DNA of 62,313 bases, filler included, from Sphacelaria rigidula (Eukaryota): assembly GCA_964200075.2 (NCBI GenBank). It is 7 parts of 7 records of this genome, joined end to end, with 100 filler letters (N's around TTAATTAATTAA, not from the genome) between each part and the next. Parts side by side here need not be neighbours in the genome. Positions count along the whole stretch, not along the records: positions 44,585 to 53,399 come from CAXNAA020010033.1; positions 53,500 to 62,313 come from CAXNAA020010034.1; 5 more parts are not named here. One strand, 5' to 3'. The position numbers were made by a program, and so were the translations under genes. The notes below the pieces were generated by a model. The model was not told where the DNA came from. It ran no database searches and saw only the letters and a list, made by a program, of their open reading frames with translations. Shown here piece by piece: positions 51,694 to 62,313 of this stretch (its first letter is position 1; every line of letters begins with the position of its first letter).

Positions 51694-54600
51694 GTGATCC
51701 CTGCAACACCCCGAGAAACACTTTCGCTTAAAAAGTGCCACCCTACCGTAGCATCACTCGAAGAAGGCAGCAATGAAGCTGAACCTTTTTGACGGTGTTT
51801 ACAGTGATTCGGAGGGCCGGTTGGTGCGTGTGATGCCTCCAATCTCAAAACGTGCCTCGTTTGAAGTTGCGACAATCAAGTCTGAGAAGTTCGATCAAGA
51901 CTCGCTCTGGTCAAAAGGAGTCGAAATGGGGGTGGACTCGTGTGCGCCCCGAGACAGCAGCAAAACACAACGTCATGAGCACCAATGAAGCTGGACTTGT
52001 TGAGGGTGCCTCGATCAATGTTGGAAGAGCAATGAGATGGTTTTCTCGCGCAGCGCGGCTTCGAATCAACTCGGTAAAAAAAAATGCGTGGTTCGGAGCT
52101 TCATAATGAGGCACGAACGGGCAGAGGGACGGACGGACACTTTTTGAATTTCATTTCAGTAAAAGCCTCTTCAGTCCTATGAGCCTCAAAGGAAAAAAAG
52201 CCACAAAATTCACCAAACAAAAAGAGTAATGACAACTTTCGAAAACTTGCCCCCCGGGAGAGCGGGGGGGGTCTCCGCGTCCAAAATGTTAATACGGCAG
52301 ACCCTTGGGCTAGCTGCAAGTAGATTCAGAGTGAGGATTCCAATTGTGTATACAACCGTAAACATTTCTGGCGGGTGCGAACGACACTTGTACTGCTTAT
52401 TTTTTTTCAACCACATCTACACAAGACATATCTGGTATGCAGTATACCTGACAGCAACAAGCCGATTGCTACAAGCTGGAGCTAGCAGATAAACTGAGCA
52501 GGGAGCAGAGGACATACACGAGATTCAGCTATTTGATTGATAGTAGTAGTATCTATTCCTCTGGTTGCATGAATATTACTCATAGATTGTGATAGCTGGT
52601 ACAAGCCTAGTAATTTCTCGATGTGAATTGTGTAGATATCACCAAACATGCTGCTCCCGCACATGCAGCGTGGAGCATCTTTATAGCACTGCTTCGGTAT
52701 ACCTCCATAGACTGCCCTGTGCCCAGGGCGCTTCCAGTTTCAATTTATTTCGGTGTGTGTGACGTTGGCCTTGGATTGCGGCGGTAAAACTGGAGTGGTC
52801 TCGGCTGGGTCTTTGTTAGAAGTATCTCTAAAATGAAGCCCTGTCGCACGCACCCGGGGTATGGTGATTCGTCGTTGCACGGAAGCGTAAAGTTCTATTG
52901 AAGCGTAAAGTTGTATTGAAGCATACACGTGTTCGTGTTATCGTCGTCGCCCTACATTCGCAAGGGCCCGCAGCAAGCCGGCGCTGAGACACGAGCCGTC
53001 CCCGGCGAATTCCCGCTAGGTTGTTCCGCACTAGTCTCAGCCACCACCATATGCCTGTTTTCAAGTACACATACAGGACTCCCTTCCCAGTATACCAGAG
53101 ACGAAAAGTTGCACACTGCTGTTTCTTGGACAGACAGGAGACAGCATCAAGCGTTAAGCAGCTGCACGCTAGGTAGAGGGGGCCCATATCGGAAAATGAC
53201 AGAACCACCCCTCCCTCTCTCTGGTTAGACAACCATGACGCAGGGTAAAGGCCGTGGCTGTCTCTGGAAGCGGCGATACCACAGAATAAAGCAACTCAGT
53301 GTTGGCTGTCATCCAAATGAAAGATAATCAGTAGGCTTTGGGCCGAACAATCTTAGCAGGATGCAGCTCACCCTTCAGGCGCCTCGCCGAACACACTACN
53401 NNNNNNNNNNNNNNNNNNNNNNNNNNNNNNNNNNNNNNNNNNNTTAATTAATTAANNNNNNNNNNNNNNNNNNNNNNNNNNNNNNNNNNNNNNNNNNNNC
53501 TATTGGGCTCGTTTGCAGCAATTCCGCCCACATGAGAGGCGTGCATCAGTCCAAAACTAGCTATAACGCCCAAATGAGTCGCATCGTGCAACACGAAACC
53601 AGCTCCGACGGCATTTATGATCATCACCTCCGTGCACGTTTTTGGCCGGTCCGTGGGGGGGCTATCTCGGCAGCAGTCTTCCGTGATCGATCGCGTGAGG
53701 GAGGATGCACACCAAAAACATCCTGCATGCTCCCGGTCATATGATGTGACGCCTTCATGTCTGCTATCCACTTCTCGGTACCGTTACTCAAGTCCAAAAG
53801 AGTCTTTCCTTGTGAAGCAATGTAGATCCTCCTGAATAAAAATGTCCGAGCCGGAAAGTGAACAATTGTTGGTGTGGAATGCGGTTTGCACAGCTGAACA
53901 TGCTCCGAAAATGTAGCATCAGCGGAGGACGACTCGGTAAATTTCGGGGCATGGGAGGGTGCATCTTGAGACTGGTGATGATCGGGTGTGAACGGCGGGT
54001 AGTGAGGTTGGTGGTAAAATGGATGAGGTTAGTGGTATGTCGGGGTCGGTCAAGAATAAAGTGGAGTTGGGTATTGAGGTGGATATTGTTGGTAATAGTA
54101 TATGAGTATATAAAAGAGCAGTGGGTGTGCGGTGGCTGCTGCTGAAGTTGACGTTGGGGTGGCGACGACTGTTGGTATCAATGCGTGGGCGAGGATGGCG
54201 ATTGCTGCACGCAATGAGCAAATCCGGTGCCGTCGAAAGCGTGACGATCGTTGGAGATTAATTCACCGCCGTTTCCCGTGTACGTTGCGGTCGATGGAGC
54301 GGAAGTGGCGTGGGCGTGTGATGATGAAGAATCATGAAGGGATGATGTCCTCCGTGAGGTGCTGCGTGAGGTCCTGCGGCATACGTGTTTGGCGTGTGTC
54401 TGAAACATCAATCGTCTTGCTGGCGTTCGACTTCTCTGCACTCTTTTCCACGCGATTGGGCATAGTGGTGGCCACCAGCTACGTCATGACATACACATGT
54501 AACACAAGACGATTCCTGAGGTTGATGGAGCTGACCCGAATAGTGTGGGGATGCAGGGCCGTGACCATCACCTCTACCCCCTCAGAATCTTACACCTCGG

Positions 54601-54782
54601 CTGCTGGTGGCCCTGAGCAGGGTTTGAGTACTGGTGACCCCTCCCACGCCCCTGACCACCGTTCACCCCCTTGGTTACCACAGCCATCGTGGTGTTGATG
54701 ATGGGGGCTGTGGTGTGTGGGATGGCTGGGGCAGCATGGATTCACGTACGGTTTTCCTCTGCCCCCCCCCCCCGCCCCCCTA

Positions 54783-54896
54783 GATCAACGGGAAATCCCT
54801 TTAACACCTGTAGAGCAACCTCGTTCATTAGATATATTAGAAAATGAAGCCTCTGATTTAGCTAGATTTCTAAATATTAATTTAAAGGGACTATAA
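54783..54896 (+). pseudogene. ycf4: Nuclear plastid DNA insert (NUPT): 3' end of ycf4; AT-rich presumed plastid spacer continues to ~55010
   Basis: Translates DQREIPLTPVEQPRSLDILENEASDLARFLNINLKGL*, matching the Ycf4 C-terminal pattern R.IPLT...P....E..A..LA.FL; abrupt switch to very AT-rich, plastid-like codon usage. Confidence 0.88.
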
Positions 54897-55149
54897 CTAA
54901 CTTAGTTAATTAATACAAATGTAAGTAAAATAAATATTATTTAATTCAGATATCAAATTAGAGAATATTTATTTTACTTTATCAAATTTATAATTTCTTT
55001 GTGTTTTGTTTGTGCTCCGTCTCGAAAGGGATGCGTGGTCAATGGTCAAATGACTAAGGCAAGCAACAAATAAGTNNNNNNNNNNCCCCCCCCCCCTCCC
55101 CCCGCCCCCCTAGGTCACCTGCCCGCTGCACGATGCCTCCGGGGCCCCC

Positions 55150-55800
55150 AGATGCAGTAGCGACGAGCGCTTAAAGTTGCCCCTGCTTTTTCTCTAGATG
55201 CCTCTGGCGCAGCATGCGCGGTCTTTATAGTCCGCTCTAGCGTCTGAGTGTCAACTTCATCCATCGCTATAGTAGTAACAGACCGCCTTGAGAGTCGTAA
55301 TCTGCGAAGAACAACGGACACAATACCGATTCGTATCTGCATCCGACATCACGAAAGTAAATCGTGCGCGTGTCTGCGGAATCGAATTCGGCCTGCTTCA
55401 GACAACTCAAGGGGGTTTTCCGAGACTCTTCTCCAGATTCTGCCACCCTTGTTTCAGCTTGACCTTTTCAGTAGCTGGTGAAATGGTATAGTCTTCTACC
55501 AGACACTTCCACGCTTCACTGGAGCTCCTGAATATGGTCATTCATTCCACTGTATGAGGTACTGTCACTCTCTCGATAATCATCTCCTAAGCTCGCATTG
55601 CTTGGTAGAACATATTTTCATCATAGTGTCCCCTGGTTCTCCTCTGGGTCAAAGAGCACCGTGATGGGTTCAGCAGCTAAAAGGGCGTGGATGGGGGCAT
55701 TTTTCTTGCCTATAACTCGCGATCATCTGCACCCGAAAGACTCAAAACTTGGACTTAATCAAGGGTCTCGCCTGCGTTTACAGGGCCATCCCATGAGGGA
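55150..55800 (-). mobile_element. Degenerate gag-like (possibly Copia) remnant
   Basis: Interrupted translation SSSEAWKCLVEDYTISPATEKVKLKQGWQNL resembles the Copia gag AW..L...Y......L...W/F..L segment; many stops. Confidence 0.35.
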
Positions 55801-56559
55801 ATGCTGCTGTCGTTACGTACACGAAACAAATCTGTGTGAGCTGTTACCTTTTCGGTTCTGTGGGATGAAACCGCTCCTTACGGCTACATGATCTCCTATT
55901 TGCAGGCATAACCTGCTCCGATCTCTAGCTTCATTTTCCCCAAGTTTGTCACGTTCATACTCTGTCATTTATTGCTTGGTGCCTTGCGGTTTCTAGCTTC
56001 TGCTCTTCAACTGCCTGGAATTATTTCCTCAAATGGTCTCTCAATCTGTCGTCAGTAATCATCTTGGTGTTCAGGTCCATGGCTTGAATGTTCCTCTGTT
56101 CGAACTTTTGTTGACTCTATTCTTACTCTTGTTGACTGTATTCTAATCTTCCCAAATTTCGCAATGCATTCTTCTAACGCCCTATGTACCAGCCTATTTA
56201 CCCGCTCTGAGAACGCATGAGATCTCAGGGAACGCCCACACAGTGGGGATAGGGTGTTTACTCTTCCATCATTCACTCAATGCCAACATATACCATGCAC
56301 CCAGCCAACAAACAAAGGCACACGTATTGAGTGCTCCCGCAGCCTGCACCGCGCCCTTACGCCAAAAGCCGTAACCGGAATAAATAGTTGCCGTTCTACG
56401 AGATACTGCTGCTGCTGTCGCCATATCCATATGATTCGAAACATGGAGGTTCGAAGGCTGACGTATTACATGGCACATGGCACATGCACGTGATACCCGG
56501 CTACTGCGTGTAGCACAACGACGTCGCGTTTCTCGTTTGCTACAGAGCAATTCGTACCG

Positions 56560-56855
56560 TACGATTGCTTCGAGGATGGGCAGGGAATGTGTAGGTGTGT
56601 CCCGGGTGTTGCTGTGTCCACACGAGGCTCATTGGGCGAACGCAAGAGGTACTACTGTAAAATCAAAAGAGACATAACTAGATCCCTCGCGGGTGCGGTA
56701 CTTATTGACATTTCTGTAGCATGCACGCTTCTCGTGTGCGATGGAGCAGTGTGCACCATGAGATGGCTTGGGCGATGGCTAGGTGTACGAGCGTATTCCG
56801 GGTGTTGCAGTGTCCATACGAGGCTCATGGGACGATCGCCAAGCGGTACGGTTAT
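56560..56855. repeat. Diverged direct repeat, ~195-bp period
   Basis: ccgggtgttgc.gtgtcca.acgaggctcat.gg.cga.cgc.a..ggtac near 56600 and 56797. Confidence 0.7.
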
Positions 56856-57169
56856 ATCGTCGGAGGTTGAACTAAATCCCCCGTGCACGGGGATTTGGCA
56901 TTGCCCTACAAACTATGATATATCTAGACGCCAACCACAAAGCTTAAAATGTGCCTTTCGTTTGGAGACACAACGCGCCGGATAGTGCGGTAGACTAATC
57001 GAGAAGAGATCCGAGACAACGTAGTTGTTTTCCCTTATTTTCACTTCAAGTATTGACGTTTGCTGCTGATCAAGGATGATATGACGATTGGGCGAAGGGG
57101 ATCTACAAAAGTGGGAGAGTGATACCCCATAACCCTCTCCGCTAAATTTATTTATTATCATTTTATTTT

Positions 57170-57436
57170 ACATTTGTCGCACTTTGAACCCCTCCCCTTC
57201 CTTGGGACGAGTCCGTGCTCTCAGGGGATCAACACATCCCTCCTACACGCCTTGCATTTTGGTCTCGCGGACTGGGCCAGCATTCCCGCACCGCGTCAAC
57301 TCTCGTCAAACAAACTCGGTCTACTACTTCGTTCACTCACGTTCTCCAGCGAAGAAAAAACCCGACACATCGGAAATCGAACTCCCGTTCTCTCCGCCCT
57401 CATGATGACAGTCGGACCATTACACCACCGGGGCGC
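57170..57436 (-). mobile_element. tRNA-derived SINE, full-length-like
   Basis: Minus strand starts GCGCCCCGGTGGTGTAATGGTCCGAC (A-box) ... GAGTTCGATTTCC (B-box-like); ends ggttcaaagtgcgac plus A-rich tail. Confidence 0.82.
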
Positions 57437-60400
57437 GCCAGCTAAGCATGCCTCAATTATCAATTTCGACTAAAAGCAGTCCAGAATATTCAAACCTTCA
57501 TTCAGTGTAAACACCTCCAAGCTACACATTTCCATTAATCATTCTCCGGATATTACCACCTACACCGACCATCACCATAGGCCACGGCAACGTACATCTG
57601 GTGAGCAGTATCTTCGATGGTAATAACGACGACTACAGTGTAGTTCAATCGGTACCATACGGATCTTTCGTAGTGTGGGTGCCCTTTTTTTCGTGTAGAT
57701 GTTTTGGTTTCTTGCCTTCTTCTGCGGGCTGTTTCGGTTATGGGTATATTGGGGGTATGCTACTCGCACTCTGTGACCACAGGTTTGAGAGATCGGGCTA
57801 ATGTGATGGATATAATGAAATAATAAAAATTATAGAGACGTAAACCAACTTCTCAGAGGCCCAACGACGTCTGGAAGTCTGTGGCACATCGCCTCCCGGA
57901 TATCTGGAGGAAGAAAAAAACTATTGTACAGCCCTTCTAAATATCTCAGAGCACTCGTTTGCAAACGTTCAGGATCCACGTCAAAGTATACGGCGTGAGT
58001 AATCGCTGGGAAGTAAACCTGAACCAGCCTATATTGCCTACAATGAAGCTAGCATTTCTGTTTGACCTAGCGCCCGAGGGCCAAAATACGGTCATTTCCG
58101 TATATAGTTACCATACCTTGCGCGTGATTGCCGGCCTGTAGAAATCACTCCTCTGTTCGTGTGATACCGTCACTGCATTTTCAGTACATATCACGTTTCA
58201 TTCTCCACCGATAGGAATGGCGTCTCATTTCATGTGATGATGAAGCTGTGAACCGTCATTTCACCATGACTCTCACGGCATGAATATCATTTTCTTGCTC
58301 TTCTTGTCAAAACACGGCCTTCTGCCACCCAACACTTTCTGTTTTTAGAAGTACGTCGTGACACTCCTGCGGACATTTGGAGAGGCATGGACACTGCCGC
58401 AGGTCAAAACGCGGATCGCCTCCTGCACGAGAAGAAGCAGTAGCAGCAGCAGTAGCATCTTTACCACCAGCAGATGTGAACGGTTGCGGGTGGGGCTGAA
58501 TCAGCCCGTGCCGATACTGCTGCTGCTGCTGCTGCTGCTGCTCTTCCTTGTGCGAGAGACGGTCAGCATTGCGACCGTGCGACAACACCCACGCACCTCG
58601 CGCAGGATTGCTACACTGCTGGGAATCGCTGGTCTGAACGATACTACACGCCGATGGATCCACGCTTGCTCACTCGGCGCAGTGCTAGGAGACAGCTGTG
58701 TACGTCGGGTGTGTATCCCACGCGTGGCTACTCATGGTAACGGGAGAGCCAACTGTGCCCCCCATGAAGAGCCCAACAACCCACGCCTTGCAATCATGTG
58801 ACGTTCCTTGATTATCGTGAGAGTGACTTCGGGTGGGAGATGATAATCTGGCATCAAGTGACAGCCAATAGGCAACACCGAAATAAAAAATAACTCGCCA
58901 AAATCACTGTCACTCTCACGTCGCGTTCTCACTGTTCTGGTCTCGTTGGAATGGGACCTAGGGCCGTGTCTTAGCAAGTCATTTCTCCATCGAAAACGTG
59001 CGGTGGACAAAACGATCTGATAGCTCCTGGTTCATCAAAAATGACCATGGTTAAATTCACAATCTATCAGATCGGGGTTTCCCTTTTCAACCGCACATTT
59101 TCGATCGAGAAAAAAAGGTGCTATGACTCGCTCTAAGAACCCTTCTTGTGGAAGGGATTCTCCCCTTTTCCAAACTCCTTATTTTGAAACGAGTGCTAAG
59201 TGGTCGCTGCGATACCACCTCCCAAAAATATGTTCAGAAATCCCATTTGGGCGGGGGGCGGGGGGGGGGGGGGTCAGGAAGTGAAAAAACACTTCCCAAA
59301 ATCCCTCGTTCCAAAGGGGATTTCCGGACGCCTCGAAGGGGAACATACATGTCCCGTTGACAGGGGCGCATGCAAAGTGTCACCACACAACCTAACACAA
59401 TCAGAGCTGAACCTGAGGAACTTGATGCCCCTGCGAACCAAAAACATCCAGCTCGAGACGTAGCTGCCCATCAGGTAAGAACGTTGTGGGTGACCTTGCT
59501 CAATCTGTTCAGAATTCATTGAGAAATGATTTCTGTGAGACGCGCGCACAGCACATGCGTACACACGGTCAGCAACGACACGTTTCCGTCTGTTTTTGAC
59601 ACTCGCACGGCCGCCATTCATCCAATACAGAACGGATTTCCGTCAAACGAAGAGTGCCGTGTGTCGGTTAGCAAGGGCTAGCGTTGGCACTAACGCGCGT
59701 GGGTGGTGAGTACCTGCATGTTTTTTCCGTGCTGAGTGTGTACGTGTTGTGTTGCTCAGTTGCGTCTTGTCTGTAGCATTACATAGACCTTAGACCAACG
59801 ACCACTTCGAGACTCGCCGCATTCCTGAACCCATGTGCAGCTCCGGGGTTCGATTTTTATAAAAGTGCTTCTCGATACAGTGGAGATTCCCCCAAGTGTC
59901 AAGAGGGAAAATAAGCACTGAACCGGGCACCCTCGCTGAACCGGTTTAGCGGTTAATAACCGCTATTCTGCTATCTGGTTTACCGGATATTCGGAATAAG
60001 GCAAGCGTTACTGTAAGAAGGTCCGAGAGCTGGATAACCTCCAGTTTCTAACTAAGCGTGAGACGCATGCGGAGCCCGCCCTGTTTTTATTTTGGACCCA
60101 CCCTGTAGAAAGCCCTCTCCCTCTAGATTTTTGCGCTTGGTCGCACTCGAGCTGTCACTTGGAGCGTCAGTCGTTTGTGCAGGGCAGAACCGGCAGAGCG
60201 ATTCATCTCGTTTGCCTCAGGATCCTCTATCTCGCCACAACTACCGTGGGGGTGGCCTCCACACCCACCGTGACACGGATGCCCGTCGGTGGCAGCTGAT
60301 GTCATGTGTTGATATTTGCAGAACTCTAAGGCCACACACGGCATGATTTGAGCACGTAGCTGCAGCCCGCAGAGCCAGAGTGTGTGCCGTGTATTTACAG

Positions 60401-60445
60401 CAAAAGGGGCTCCGTTGCTGCTGTACTGTTGCTGTATTAAGGGGT

Positions 60446-60739
60446 ACTTTTTTTTGTCGCACTTTGAACCCCTGCCCTTCCTTGGGACGAGCCCGTGGTC
60501 TCCGAGAATCATTCCATCTCTCCCCCGGTACACGTCTTGCATTTTGATCTTGGGGATTGGGTTAGCGCTCCCGCACCGCATCAACTCACGTAAAACAAAG
60601 TCAGTCGACTACTTTGTTTACTCACGTTCTAACGCTTTCCACGGTGGAAATCACATACTACGAAGAAAAAACCCAACACATCGGGAATCGAACCCTCGTT
60701 CTCTCCACCCAAATGGCGACAGTCGGACCACCGGGGCGC
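60446..60739 (-). mobile_element. tRNA-derived SINE copy
   Basis: GCGCCCCGGTGGTCCGAC...GGGTTCGATTCCCGATGT head; tail ggttcaaagtgcgacaaaaaaaa. Confidence 0.82.
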
Positions 60740-61145
60740 GGCACACAGCCGCCATACCACCTGAAGCCGTTCTAAATAACCGCTGTAGCGGTAACCATCC
60801 ACTGAACCGGGGCCAACCCCCCCTGTACAGCAGAGCTCATCACTTGATGATAATTTCTGACTTGGTTTTAGTATGGATCCCGAAATCCGAATCTTTAATG
60901 GGGGGGCTGTGCTCCTGGCGTGCACCATTACACTACCGGGGCGCGGCACACAGCTGTTATACCGCCTGAAACCGCTCTAAATAACCGCTGAACCGGCCAT
61001 CCAATAAACCGGGCCCAACCGCTGAAAAGGGAACCACTAAACTGTACCGTAGAATTCACCACTTGGTAGGAATGAAATTTCTGACTTGGTTTAAGTGTGG
61101 GCCCCGAAATCCGGATCTTTAATTGGGGCTATGCTCCTGGCGTGC
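60728..61145. repeat. Diverged ~205-bp tandem duplication including the SINE 5' tip
   Basis: accggggcgcggcacacagc...ctaaataaccgctg...atttctgacttggttt...ccgaaatccg.atctttaat.gggg...gctcctggcgtgc occurs twice. Confidence 0.8.
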
Positions 61146-62313
61146 GCAGAACGCGTTTTCGTCGAAATCGACGCTGCCGGCGCCGATTTGAGGTCTGCCG
61201 ACGCACGCTTTGCCTACGGAACACTTTGCACCCGCCCCCTTGTCCTAGGGTTCTCGGTTTGCCTTCGTTGGGGTTAAGGATAGGGTTGAGGTGAGAGTTA
61301 GGGTCAAAGATATTCGAAATCACGAATTTCCGAGAAAGTTTCATACCTACCAAGCGGGTAAACTAACCTCTCTCGATAAGACCCAAAACTGGTTGTTGTG
61401 ACGGCGATCCCGCTTCAAAAGGGGATTTTGAAAAAAGGGCAAATCCCCTTCGATAAGAAGGGCATGAAGTGTTGAAAAACTAGGGGTGGTAATCGCCGGA
61501 ATCCCCATCATTTTCGTTTCAGACCGAGCTGGGCCAGCAGTAAATTCTGCATTCGCTTTCCACACCACAACTTTCCAAGTTTTCCAAATCAGCGCGACTT
61601 GAGCATTCCGCTGTGCAGTCCAGACCAACCTGGTAACACACGGCACCGCCGCTGAACAAACAAAGACAATGAAAAAAATGTACTGCATAATATATGACCT
61701 TAACGACGAACGAAAAAAAGAAGAGAGTATGTCGGGATTCGAACTCATAGACCTCCATAATTGCAGTCTCCTATATAACTTCTCCTGTATCACTTGAATT
61801 GAACGAGCGCAGCCATGTCACACGAAAAGTGCGACGCAAAGCCCAATTTGAGGTATTCATGGTCGAAACGTTTCCAGGATATTGTTGACGCGAGTGCCCG
61901 CATGTGTTGGAGCGTGGTCGTCGTTTTGATCATTTTTTATTGTATTTTTCCGAGAGCAGGTCGAGCAGAGTATGTACTTCCGAGTACTCGAGTGAAATAG
62001 ATCGCTCTGCTTCGCATTGCGGTTCCAATTTTCCTATCCTTTCTAACATTGGAAATGTAATGGAAAAGGGACAGAGGAGACAGACGCCTTCAATAAAGAG
62101 TGATGGGACTCGCCTTCTTTGGCGGCATCTGAGCCGCCGGCGTGAAGGAGAGAGAGTGCTAGAGCTGTTAAGGCCTTTTTTAACGAAGAGGATTCCCCTT
62201 TTTCACAATCCATTTCAACCCTTAGACAGCGACCCCCCTGTTGGTAGACTAGCCTGGTCCGGCGAGAACCCGGCGTGCTCCGTCCCGGCTTTGTAGGGGC
62301 GGACCCCCGATGG

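Noticed and set aside
54380-54700. Possible gag zinc-knuckle remnant on the minus strand (ECREVERQQDD; GQGRGRG)
   Set aside because: Motif too decayed to call
57360-57436. tRNA gene
   Set aside because: No complete cloverleaf; it is the head of a repeated SINE
58307-58801. ORFs containing poly-Q / poly-L
   Set aside because: Driven by a CTG microsatellite; no domain or convincing splice pair

Overview
Eukaryotic, intron-rich and repeat-dense DNA, most likely from a brown alga (inferred from WSC-domain cell-wall genes, kb-long GT-AG introns, TTAGGG motifs and a plastid ycf4 insert). The window is not one locus. It is seven unlinked contigs (1-8818, 8919-17736, 17837-26653, 26754-35569, 35670-44484, 44585-53399, 53500-62313; 8818 down to 8814 bp, size-sorted) joined by artificial 100-nt spacers (44N-TTAATTAATTAA-44N). 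Most ORFs in the supplied track are spurious and real coding sequence is spliced. Genes found: a Lon N-terminal-domain protein (4 exons), the 3' half of a TruB pseudouridine synthase, a candidate first exon of a secreted LPMO-like protein, the 3' part of a WSC-WSC-linker-expansin-like gene (5 exons) and a 6-exon hAT transposase with premature stops. The rest is MITEs and fold-backs, a tRNA-derived SINE and non-LTR retroelement tails. Most unusual: (1) two related non-LTR 3'-tail families that end in, and appear to target, C-rich tracts; (2) one such insertion carries the 3' end of plastid ycf4 inside a 16-bp duplication, suggesting retrotransposon-mediated capture of plastid sequence; (3) the WSC-expansin fusion; (4) an ~860-bp loop-less inverted duplication of transposase-like sequence that could make hairpin RNA.
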